Position numbers and translations under genes: made by a program. DNA of 64,000 bases. Origin: Paraspadella gotoi. Its lineage: Eukaryota; Animalia; Chaetognatha. Positions 1 to 11,762 of the stretch are shown here, piece by piece; the first letter of the stretch is position 1; the number at the start of each line of letters is the position of its first letter. The notes beneath the pieces are model-generated. The model searched no databases. It was not told the origin of the DNA and worked only from the letters and a program-made list of their open reading frames with translations. The stretch is from the NCBI GenBank assembly GCA_051294375.1, contig CM119267.1:9791458-9855457 (forward strand). The letters run 5' to 3'.

Positions 1-839
1 CGAGAAATAGACTAAGTAAACGAAGCAAGCAAAGGCTCCCTGACGAGACGACCGCTGAAAATCTTTGAAAAGAAATGTACAGAAACAGCAAAAGCAAAGA
101 CGAAACTAAACAAACTTTCAAAATCCGTGAGAACGAATACATTAACGAGTAGTCAAAATGCGCGGTTCTGGATTCCGAATTGGGATACAGTTACCGATTC
201 CATTTTCTTTTTCAGTTGAGTCGGATGATGACGAATCAATTCCCGAGTGACGATGAAAATCTCATCCGGAAATCGACAAGTCTCATCTTTAGATATCACG
301 ATATACGATATTCGATAACGTATCGAGACAACGACGCCGACATCAATTAAAGCCTTGAGCGAAAGAAAAAAAATGTCGTCGTGGACAGATTTTGATTCAC
401 TTGGAAAGTGATTTCCTCATCTCGGGATCGACGGCAGACTCACGGTGAGCGATGTGAAAAAAATAAGGCGAGGAGGGGGGGAAGGCTGGGGCGAGAGCCA
501 AGGTGGGTGAATGGACGGCGGACGCGCCCGTCGTCGAACTCATTCTCTCGCTATGCAAATGAGGACCGTAATTGCAGAAAGGAGTCTGCAATCTTCGAAA
601 GTAGGGACAAATGATGGGGAGGAGTCGAGCGAAAAAGATGGACGCGGATGAGAATGAGGGGAGGAAAGAAGAGAGATAGAGAGTGAGAGACGGCTAGAGA
701 AAGAGGAGCAGGGAGAAGTTTCGTTTCGGCTTAAATGTACACGCCATTCTGCTTTTGATGTAGACGTGCACTAGCGTGTCTTGCCGTGCGTACGATGTCA
801 CTGTCTCGATGCTCCTTCTCTTCTCTCTCTGGTCTTGCT

Positions 840-841
840 CG

Positions 842-885
<44 letters not shown>

Positions 886-910
886 CTCTCTCTCTCTCTC
901 TCACACTCAC
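840..910. repeat. (CT)n microsatellite in a GA/CT-rich, CG-rich non-coding region
   Basis: Direct run of ctctct; it explains the SLSLSL ORFs at 776-1038. Confidence 0.9.
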
Positions 911-3572
911 TCAGTCGTCGCTTACAGATTAAGATGCGTCCTGCTTTCGAAGCCCTTGGTCGACCTCGTTCCTCAAGGCTCACTACATTCAATTCCTGCA
1001 TTTTTTTTACATCGGAAGTGATCGCCGAGAACGTCTAGCCGAGCGTGCGTCCCGGCGCCCTCGCCGTCCACGCACGCGCGCGCCTCGGCGTCAAACGTGT
1101 GAGGCGAGAGAAGCCGACGAGCAGAAATAATCGGAGCCTCAAATATGAAAGACGACGATGGAAGAAACAAGGAACTCACTGAACGAGAGAGAGACGGAGA
1201 GACTAAGAGACTGAGAGACAGAGAGAACTCGGATTACGGACGCGCGCCGGTTTTCAAGGGAGAAAATATGAAGAGGGAAGAGCGAAATTACGGAAGAGGA
1301 ACGGAGGAGCGTTGGGCCGGGCGGAGAAGGAAGAGGAGGAGGAATAGGCGTCTCGTTCGGACGGAAAAACCGAGACTGCGGATTCCACAACTTTTCTCAT
1401 CTCGGGCCAAGTTTGATATGGGCTTCCTTTAATTCTTACTTCTCGCCAAAAAAAATTGTTTTATTTTAAGAAAAAAAAAAGAATTTATTAAAATATTAAA
1501 ATATTAAAATTTTCGCTTATTTTTAGTAGTCTAATAATTTATTAATAAAGTTTATTTATTTTAATGTCGAATTAGCTATAGCATTTATATATATATTGGT
1601 TGTACCAATTTCACATAATTCTCGTTGTCGCTCGATTCGACCTTCGTTATGAGCATAATATTCAAGACCTCGTTTCAATTCTCTCCGCGCCCATTTTTTC
1701 GCGGCCGCCCGTTTCGCGGCCGACTCGGCACCCAAGGCTGTCACCGAGGCGTGGCTTTACGCTCGCTTAGTCCCGAGTCGCTGCTCTCGCTCTCTCTCTT
1801 TCTCCCTCCGCGCGCGCTTCCTCCGGTGAAACGACCGGCGCGCCCGAGCATCGGAATCTCCGTAAACCTTTAACTCGACGACCGCGCTGGCAGTTAGAAT
1901 TGCGCGCGCCGGGTTTGTCATGTAACGCTCGCGCGTTATATTTTTTTTTCTTTAATTTTTCGCGCGAAAGAGAGAGACGGAAATATCTGCGAAAACGTTT
2001 TTTCCGCCTCTTCAACGATGAGTTACACGCTTCGGACTTTTACGGGATCGTCCGTTCGCCATTTGGACAACCAAACGACCGACGAATTTTTTTTCCGGGG
2101 ACATTTTTGGCGCCGATCGTATTTTATTTCGATAATCGTTTCGTGCACGCGAGATTCTCGGCGATATTGAGACGTCGCTCGTTGCAAGGACCCTTTGGAA
2201 ACCGTCGCCCGTCCCGTCATCAATCTCCCTTCGCGTGCTGAGAAGAAAAGAGAGGAAAAGAAAGGAGAGGAGGGGAGAGCAGAAGAAAGGAAATGGAGAG
2301 GGAGGGAAAGAGAAGGTGCAATAAGAAAAGGGTAGAAAGGAGAGACGAGCCGAGAGTAGAGTAAGAGAATTCAATCATGAAAAAGACAATTTCGTGGCGC
2401 CATCATGAGGTGCCGCTGTTAATCAACTAGATTTAATCGAATTCCCTCCGCGCGCTTCCCAATCACTGAGAAAAAAAAAGGGCAACAAAGATTAAGAAAA
2501 AAAAATGGAATGTGATTAACGTCGTCGAGAAAAAGTCATTAAAGTTTTAGACGCGCGCCGGAAATACGCGAAGGGCCGGCTGAGTCTACTGCGTCTTTTT
2601 TTTTTCCCTTCACTAATTATTTTTATTATTATTATATTTTTCACTTCACTCGCTATAATCAAATTGCGTTATTGTGACACCACTCGCTGAAAAGTTTCGT
2701 ACAAGAAAATTTTTTTTGAAAGATCTGAAAACCAACAACTTCTCCCTCGAACGCCCGCTGAGAAACCATAAGGAGGATCTACATGACGTGGGTTCTTTCA
2801 ATCTGTCGCCGTCTCATGTTTCTTGTCCCGAAAAAAAAAAAGCAATCGTTGGCTTTTTGACAAATTTGGTTCGGGGAAAATCGGAGCATCTGCGCTCGGC
2901 GCCATTTTGGAGAAATATTGGAAGGAATAGGGAAGAGAGGGATCAAAGGGGCAGGATTTCTTAATCAAATCGGGACGGAGGAAGGAAGGGTGGGGGATTA
3001 AGACTGAGAGTCTGAAAAAAGAAAGATAAAAAAAGAAATCTATGATTATTTGGGGAGGAACGATGGGAGACGAGAAGGGGAAAAACAAAAAAGGATTGGA
3101 GGCAAGACGGAAAAAGCACGTTAATAAAATTATAGAATATTTAAAAAAGTTCCTTTTTCTTGATCTGAGAGAGAAAATATTTCGAATAAAACGAATTGTT
3201 TTTGGAATTCATAAGTTTGTTTTAGTTTACTAAACACTAATATGACTAGTTTTTTTTTATACTGTTTTGGGGGGGAGGCAAGAAAGAAAGTAAACGCAGG
3301 TACAAAATTGGATGAAGAACGAGAACGAATCGACGGCCATAAAGTCAAGACTGATAAAGAAAAGAACCGCGCGAAATAGAAGCGAGAATCTCAAGACGAA
3401 AGTCTGTAATAAAAATGGAGAAGAAATTTTCTCTCTCGTCTTCTCGTCGAGTCAAAAAAGGTCGAGGTCGAAGAAATTTGGGTCTTGATTGACCTGTTCC
3501 ACTTCCCATCCCTCGTTCCCCTTCAACTCTTTCCCACTCCTCACCGACGCCCAACGTTTCGCCATATTTCTC

Positions 3573-3586
3573 GTCGCTATGGCAAC
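3573..3586. promoter_or_regulatory. Candidate RFX X-box
   Basis: GTCGCTATGGCAAC is one mismatch from the X-box-type sequence GTTGCTATGGCAAC and lies ~480 nt upstream of the ATG at 4065. Confidence 0.45.
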
Positions 3587-4064
3587 GTAGAGCCCGGGGA
3601 GGGCCCTGTTTCCCGCCCCCCCTCCTCTCTAAGTCTAAATCCCCGCGCGAACAGGACGATTGGATTTGGCGCGATGGAAAAGCCTGGCGCCGGAAATAAC
3701 CTCGTTAACGCCCCCGTTCAGGGTCGTTCCGCGCTGGCCGGAGGCGACGCCCCGTCGGTCAATAAAAAGTCTGTCTATATTCGATTATACTCGATGAAAT
3801 TAGATGGACTTTTCCTGGCCCTCGGGACCGGCCGAAATTTCCTCGTCACATATAAAATGCATTCCAATGGCGAAGTTATGTTGACGAGCAAATGAAATTT
3901 TCTTTTGTCCTATATCTATCTGTAGGTTTGCCGCCAAGAAAATGCTTCGATCTCTCGCGCGTCGTGGCGCGGCAATGCCTTGCCAACCCGACTGAAAAAA
4001 AAAAAAAACTTTTATACAATAACTTTTATGTATGAAATCAACGAATTTTATGAACTAATCCAAA

Positions 4065-6972
4065 ATGAATCTTTTTAATCTCCACCTGGGGGTCATTCCT
4101 TCGTGGACAGCTTACCTACTGCCATTTTTCCTCACGATCGTACTCAGGGCATCCTCATCGCCTTTGCAGGGTAAAGTTTATTTAATTATTATTTTAATAT
4201 TAGTTTACTTAAACAAGTTTGAGCAAACAATTCCGAATCTAAACTTATTAATTAATAATCATTTAATTATTTGTTTAGTTAACGCAGCTTGAATTTACAA
4301 TTAACAATTAAATGGAAAAAACAAAAAACATTTTATTAATTAATTTTGACCTTTTTTCTTATAACCTCATTTTTACTTAGATATTTCCATCGAAACTTGA
4401 TTTCCAGCTCAATGACACATATTTTTACCCACATACAAAATTTCAAATAGCCCTAACCACTTATGAATAATTAGCATTCAACGCTAAGGAGGGACAGATG
4501 GACAGACAGACAGACAGACGGACATCAATTTGTTTGCATAATTTAATGTTCTGACATGATTTAAGTGACTTACCGATAAAATTGTGGGGGTGGACGGTGG
4601 ACCGACGGACCGACAAAGTAAATTATAGAGCCGGAATCTGCTTTAAGCAGATCTGGCTAAAAATATCAAATTTCTTTTCAGTATTGTTACCAAAGACATA
4701 ATTACGAAATTTCTCTCTTGGTCAGGAGGTTACATGAGCGCGCAGCCAGGACTCACAAACTTTCTTTGTTACGTCGAGGCGCCCGTCTTTATCATTTTCA
4801 AAAAAGAACTGGGCCCGCTGAGTTTCTTCATCCGTCCATCGAAATCCTGCCAAATCGCCAGCACTTACCTTTGGTAAGGCCTGGATGTAATATAGATCTC
4901 TCTCTTTATATATATATCTAATATTTAAGGGAGTGGTCTTTTCATAAAATTGAAACATTCTTTGAAATATTATTCCACTTCTATGGGAGTGAATAAACGA
5001 GACTGAGAGAGTCTTGATTGAAAGCTTGCAGGGACCAGCTATGTCATTATCTTGTAAGAGGCCTTAAACCACCAAAGCCTGTTCAAAGTCAGGGGCAAGA
5101 TAGCTTATTTATTAAATTTATGGATAATTTTTATATTAGTTGTACCAATTTAATAGTAGTATAGAATCGCAGCTTATTTTTTAAAATTTTTATTAAATAG
5201 GTATGACAAGGCGAAACTTGGCCTTAAGGAGAAACTCCTCAACGATTCCTCGGTGCACATCACTCTAGACCTTTCGTGCGAACCAGGTGTCCACATGTTG
5301 ACCTTTTACGGGGACAAGGACTCGGATGAAACAGGTGAGTTCAGATTAAAGAAACGCAATTATTTATTAAATATCAATTAAAAACTTTAAACATTTAAAT
5401 TCTGAGACAATTTTTTTTTATTACTTTAGTTGTCAAGAAGATTCGAATTAAAGTGGTGAACCCGGAGCAAATTCCTGTTTCCTACGTGGTATATCCGCCC
5501 ACCCCGCTGTATTACCTCGACGCGGCCACGTCGCTCTTGAATCCGTCCCTCTGTTTCGCCAAAAATCAAACGGGTCAGTACTCCGTAGAAAGAAAACGAT
5601 CTTAAAAAACAATATTTTTCGCAACTGATGTCGCCAATTTGAAAATCGCAGTGAAGTTCCGCGTGACGGTGAAGAATCCGAACCCATACGTCCACCCGAA
5701 AGCGATCGTCGAACGGGTGGAGACTTTCACGCACCGCAAGCATCACCACCGCCTCCACGCGGACGACGTTCGACCACATCACGCCGCGCGGACCGACGTC
5801 CAAGCCGCCGGTTGGCAGCTGCGAACGGACGAGAGGCCCAAGGGTCTACACGTCAAGGTGAGAACGTGTTTGAAACTAGCAGCGCTGGCGTACAGTTAAC
5901 GCTTTCCGCCTTTCCGATTCCAGGTAGGGCCAAACTTTGTCAATGGGGTGGGTCAGTAGTTTGATATGGGAACCTTCCCAAATGAAACTTCATACATTTT
6001 TGAGAAAGCTTTCAATGGACCAAAATTTTCTAAAATGGCTAGAAGCACTAGCAATTATTTTTTTAATATTTATTTATAAATAGGAAATGTCAAAAATTTT
6101 TTTTTAAATTTTGTATTTTTAAAAGCAGATTCAGATAGCTTATAAAAAGTTGTCTACACAAAGTATAATTCTTTTTTCAATATTTTGATGATAAGTGGGT
6201 CAAAATTGGGAAAAAACTTTAAAAAATCATCTTCATCATTTTATTAGTTTTTGCTAATTTTTAGTAATAAAACATCAAAATCTTAAAAAGTTGTAATTAT
6301 ATTTTTTGTTTAAATTTTTGAGCTCTATCAGAATCAATTAAAAAAACTTAAAATATCTAAAGAAAATTTTTGACATTATATAGCAATATAAATTATAATA
6401 ATTTTAATTAACGAATTACTCATGGTTCGGAACATTTTTTCAAAAAAATATTTTAACACAATAACTAATACTAATAATGGATTTGTTTAATGCCGTTCCC
6501 ATTAAAATTTAAATTTGGTCGGAATCCAGGGATCAGAGACGACGACGTTGGACGTGATTTGGCAAAGAGCCCATCCTTTGTTGCCGTCACGATACCGACT
6601 CGCCTTCAAAATCGTCGACGAGTATAACGTGCATCATCCCAATCACCAGAACCTTCATCATATCACGTTTCGAGTCAAGGTGAGCTTTTCGAGCTCTTTT
6701 TTCAATCCAAGAATTTGAATGAAAAATAGTTTGTTTCCGCAATTTCTCAGAAATCCTGCCACGACCCTCCGACTCCGCCGCCGAAGCCGCTCCACGATGA
6801 ATCATCGAGGGATGTCGTTGAGGACGCGGTGTCGCCCGAGGCCGGAAGTGCCATCGACGGCAACGCCCTCAACAGCAACGCCTCCATTCCGCAGATCGTC
6901 CAGGGGCAGGAACGGTCGCTGTGGGTCAACCTCGTCATTCTCATCTGCCTCATCCAGTTGATTCTTCTTTGA
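4065..6972 (+). CDS. Multi-exon orphan protein with a signal peptide, a His-rich segment and a GPI-signal-like hydrophobic C-terminus
   Basis: Phase-compatible GT-AG exons at about 4065-4170, 4726-4873, 5201-5334, 5431-5573, 5652-5857, 5924-5946, 6530-6678 and 6751-6972. Translation: MNLFNLHLGVIPSWTAYLLPFFLTIVLRASSSPLQGGYMSAQPG...HRKHHHRLHADD...ALNSNASIPQIVQGQERSLWVNLVILICLIQLILL*. No family recognised. Confidence 0.7.
4211..4663 (+). mobile_element. Helentron-associated/DINE-1-like non-autonomous element, short copy in intron 1 of the orphan gene
   Basis: Starts AAACAAGTTTGAGCAAACAAT like the copy at 52458. Contains a (GACA/GACG)n microsatellite and a 3' hairpin GCCGGAATCTGCT-TTA-AGCAGATCTGGC followed by TAAAAA. 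Confidence 0.7.
4925..5150. repeat. Interspersed repeat (family C), inverted copy of 59170-59432
   Basis: AAGGGAGTGGTCTTTTCATA...GGCCTTAAACCACCAAAGCCTG...AAAGTCAGGGGCAAGATAGCTTATTTATTAAA is the reverse complement of sequence at 59170-59432. Confidence 0.85.
6030..6400. repeat. AT-rich interspersed repeat (family B), inverted relative to the copies at ~53060-53470 and ~59960-60410
   Basis: AGCTCTATCAGAATC at 6321 is the reverse complement of GATTCTGATAGAGCT at 53181; the flanking (ATC)n and T-rich blocks are collinear. Confidence 0.65.
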
Positions 6973-8882
6973 CGGATAGTAGAAATAGAATTTAAGAGTC
7001 GCCGAACCGAGGCTTCGTCATCACATCTCGACCAACGTCTTCTCGATAATTGTTTCGCCGGAGAGCAAAAAAAAAAAAAAAAATATTAAAGAAAGTGTGG
7101 AACTATTTATCCTTGTACAATGTACAGATGGTTATTTTTATGTAAATGTATCGAGTCTCGGTTGAAACTAAAAGGAGTTAAACAGCAAAATTAATTTTTA
7201 ACAGAGGGAATTTTGATCTACGGTATACATTCTTCATTTTCATTACTCATCGTGCGATTTAATTTATTACACACCACCCTGATTTATTTTAAATGTATGA
7301 ATCTTCCCAAATGTAACGTGAAATGCATCTCTAGAAGGTTCAAATAAATTTTTTTTCAAAAAACACTTTTTAATTTGGTTTGACATGTAAAAATTAACGA
7401 GGACCAGCAGATGCGGGTCAGGATGCATACCCTAAAGAGTGGAAACAAATCGGACAATAATATCGTTAAAATTGAACGCTAATCGTAGGAGTTTCATCGT
7501 ATGGACCCGTGTAGTGTAGACCTCGTAGACGGGGACGGCAACCCTCTCAGTATCGACATTGTTTAAATCAGCAAATAGACTTGTAAAAATGATTTCGTTG
7601 TAACAATAGAGCCAAAAAACTGAGAACGCTCAAGATTAGCAGTGAAGTTACTAATTCCACAATTCTCCTTTATCTTTCAGGCATATTAGATTGCCTCTTA
7701 ATCAGACCCATTGGCATTGTCCATGTATCACAAATTACGTGAGCTCCAACGCTTGTTCTTTTTCTGAACTAATAACTCGGAATTAAACAATATATCAACA
7801 GCTGCTGCCCTCTGCGATTACATAGTTTTTAAAAATAAACAAAAGCAGAAAAACTCAACCGTCCATCAACGTAGAAATAATATAATATAATATAATATAT
7901 AATATATAATATAGAGATCCGAGAAAAATTAAAAAAAATATGAAATAAAAATTCGAAACGTCATCGACAAGACTAAATATATCTAACTACTTTTGACAAG
8001 AAAAAACTGGCTGCCCTACAAGGTTGAAAATGAAAAAAATTAAAACGCTGGTTAGTTTTTATTATACATTTTTTCACAATATGTACGAAGAACAGATTGA
8101 AGACAACATAAAATGTTTTAGCCAAACAATTTGTAAAATTACCATCAGGTAATTGCATTTTACATAGAGGTTTCGACTATAAAATTAAAGAATCGTAGCT
8201 ATCGGTAAATATTCCTTTTTTTTTCATTTTAGAACTGTGCGTATTTAATTTAAATAAGCGTGCGGGCAAAAGATACAGTATACTATTAATTCCAGACCTT
8301 CCAATTCCATATAAACCGCCTTAAGGCCATAAAATGTTATTTTCGTGCATATTCGCGATAAATGCGCGTAACCCTAACCTTAACTAATGCCCTTAATCTT
8401 TTTTTACAATTTGGCACTATGACAACTGGGCATTGATCAATAGCCCCCAAAAAAGCGATTAATGCAAAACCTATGACTTCTGGTCACATGTCGAAAAAAG
8501 CAGGCGAGAGCTCGCGAAATTCGATCACACATTTGATATTTTTGCTCTCGATATGACATGACCATCGTATTATTACTACAGGATTGACAAAACTATAAAA
8601 CAATATCGCGCTACTGACGTCCGTGCGTGATTCTTATGTCTTCGCAAAGTAGAAAAAAAACGAAAAAAAAAACGAAAAAAAAACAATCGCAATCGCGCAA
8701 CGATCGTTTAAATTAAAGAAATAAATTCAATTCTATCTTCGAAAGATTTCGTAACGAGGCCGCAGCTCAACGGCGTCGTCGCCGCCCAGAGTCTTTTCTC
8801 TCAACCGGCGCCTTCCACGCGCGCCATGCCCTTCAGCTTTCGCTCCCTTCCCGACCCCAAAAACTCGGCGCCGCTTCGAGTA

Positions 8883-9621
8883 TCAGCTCTCGCCCTCCCC
8901 AGTGATCCAGCTCTGCTCGACGATGGCTCTCACGCGCTTCTCGTACTCGCGCTTGTTCTCCTGGTAGAGCTGCGCCGCCTGCGAATTGGCGGGGGAGTTG
9001 GGGTTGGGTTCGTCGAGGAGGGACTGGATCGACGTGAGGATGGCGGAAACATCGTAGGTCGGAGACCAGCGATTCTGGGTTGGGAAGAAAGAGAGAATTA
9101 ATAAAATAAGCCTAATACCCCCACCCCCAAAAAATTAGGGGGGGAATATTGAAATAGATCGCCCAACCTGCAATATATCCAGGCAGATGCTGCCGTCTGC
9201 ATACACATTAGGATGAAACATTTTCGAAACGAAACTGCAGGAAAGAAAAAAAAAACCGATTAGGTTAATATTTTCGAATCAATTATATTTTAAGTTTTAA
9301 TTCGCATCGTCCTTCGGCCCCCCACCCCACCCCCAAACAAAAAAGTTACCGAACGGTCGGGGGCTTGTTGGGATATTCCTCCGTAAATTCAATGGTGAGC
9401 TTGAAAGTCCCGTCCTCAAATGGCGTGTCATGGGGACCAAATATCACAGCATTCCACACCTGTCGGAAGTCATAATTTTATTCACTGTCACTTTCGCCGC
9501 AAACTCCTTTCAATATTACCATAATATTGTTCTCTGTCGGAGCGCCGCTGACGCCCGCTGGAGGGTCCTCCTGGAGCTTTTTAAAGTCTCTCATGAGACG
9601 ACGTCTGGCGGGAGTGGACAT
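8883..9621 (-). CDS. UBE2A: Ubiquitin-conjugating enzyme E2 Rad6/UBE2A (4 exons)
   Basis: Spliced translation [34 protein letters not shown]|[21 protein letters not shown]...|[22 protein letters not shown]|[48 protein letters not shown]...EGES*. Confidence 0.97.
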
Positions 9622-10176
9622 TTTTGTTAGGAGGGGGGAGGGGGAGGAGACGAGAGAATTACGGGGGAGGAGGGAGGTTTAGCCAATAGGGGAAGGTTTA
9701 TCGACGAGAGGCGTTTGACGAGTAGTAGAGTTTCAAGTCAACCAATCTTGAGAAGGTCCACGAATATTTTTTTTTATTTGTTGATCCAAATATATCATAA
9801 ATGACGTCTTAGCTCGAGTAGCGATTTAGTTTTATTGCATTAAACGTTCATTTCCAAATCATTAAGTTTTTTTTTCTCGACTTGACAAAAGATTGAACAC
9901 GTAAAGGGAGGAGTCAAGAAAAACGGATACAAAACGTCAAATCCTGTTAACGTTAAGATGCACGACAAGCAGTTCCACCAAGATGAGGTAACGTCAGATC
10001 AGTGGCTTCGCTACGTACTACTTGTGAAAGGGGGGTGGGGAGGCAATGAATGAAAAAAGATGTCACTCGGAAGTAAACTTCAATAAATAAAGCGTTAGCA
10101 CACAATCGATCAGTTCCGATAGCTTAGAAAAAATTGAGCCCTAAAACGGGTTTTTGGGTGGTGAAAAATCAGCAAG

Positions 10177-11558
10177 TCAAGCGCACTGAATGAATTCCGT
10201 CATGGGTCCATCTTTCTTGTCGAAAGTGGACCAGCCGTGTCCAGCTTCTTGCTTCCGCAACTTTACTTCAGCCTGAAAAAGAACGAAAAACGATCGTCAT
10301 TCGACAATGTTTGGCAAAACAGATGACATAAAAACAAGAAACTTTTCTAACTACCTTGGCGCCGCTCAATGTAACAGAACTCTGGCTTAAATCGACAACC
10401 CCGCTGAGCACGATCGTTTCGTCGAAAATTTTGTCGCCGAAAACCTAAAAGCGAAAGAACGACAATCGAGTTTTTGCGAGGCAGCTTTGCCAAGATTTGG
10501 CATTACCAAATGGAGATGGAGTTTAACTGGTGAGGCCTCCACGTAGCTGAGGTCGGGGTCGCAATTTTTGGCAAAGGCCGTATAGAAGACGTAAGGACCC
10601 GTTTGGTGCCAATCGGTCCGACAGGCCGATTTCACCTTGGTCGGATCCTCCTTTTGACCCCAAACGTGGTCGCCGGTGGCGCAAGGGTTCTGTTTAAAAA
10701 TGAGATTCAAAGGATCAAATCTTCTGAACTCGGCTCTTCACGAAAACGATTCCCGCAACGAACTTGCTCGAGAAAGGCATTAAAGTCGGTGGTCCGCTTT
10801 TCACAACAAGACCAAAATTTAAATCCCTCGTGGAATACAGGGTTGCCGGGATGAAAGGCGCAAGGTTTTGCTTCGCCATCGCCACCAACACGGACCATGC
10901 AACCGTTGTTCTTGCACGGCATCCCCAATGACTTGACATCGCTCTTTTCGTCGTCTTGTTTTTCCTCACCTTGATTCAGAGACAAATGTTTGAACAACGT
11001 CGAAACCAAACCTAAAAACAACTCCAACAACATTCACCTTGTGCTTGTTTTAGTTTAGCCAGAGCGCTTTTAAGACTGGAAGTGACGTTCGCGGAGAGTC
11101 GCACCATGGGCGTGTCTTCCGGAGGACGTTCGGTGATTTTTACTTGTTCCAAACTCAACTAAAAATATCGATCAATGCTAAGTCCGAGTTTGTAGAATGT
11201 AGATTTGAGCTTAAACTCAAAATCTCACCCGATTCGGCGCGTCATTCACTTCTTTCTTCTTGACCGGTTCTTGCGGTTTCGTCTTATTGTGAAAGCCGAT
11301 GGTGCATCCAAGAATTTCCATGAATTCCGTAAAGTCGGATGACTTTTTTTCGCAACATGTCCAGTGCTGGAAATGAAATATTTTTTTTTCAAAATTTATA
11401 ACTATTTTTAGCTCAAGTTCACAAACTGGCCTTACTTTGTACGCATCATGAAAATAGGGTTTCCCTGAGTGAAACGTGCAAGCCTTCGGATGATTAGAAG
11501 ATTCTTTAAATTTTTTCCCGCATCCTAAATTATAACATTGAAACTCCTCGTCGCACAT
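10177..11558 (-). CDS. CHORDC1: CHORD domain-containing protein 1 (Morgana/Chp-1 Hsp90 co-chaperone)
   Basis: Two CHORD zinc domains (CYNLGCG...CTFHSGKPYFHDAYK...WTCC and CKNNGC...CAFHPGNPVFHEGFKFWSCC) followed by a CS domain (CRTDWHQT...AEVKLRKQEAGHGWSTF). Confidence 0.95.
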
Positions 11559-11762
11559 TTTTGATGTAAATTAATTTTTTTTTTACGTTTGTCAAGGATT
11601 ATTTTTAAAAAAAGTGTGGAAGAAAGTTTTTCTCTTCTCAAACCTAAATTTATGATTGGAAAAAAGAGTATTGCCGATTCCATGGGCTAGTAAGAACATG
11701 ATAATAAAAAAAATAACTAAGAAAACAGTACTAGAAATGAAGTAAGGGACAAGGGTCTAACT

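Noticed and set aside
397-3895. Numerous short ORFs in the first 4 kb
   Set aside because: They are low-complexity translations of GA/CT tracts with no recognisable domains or consistent exon chain.
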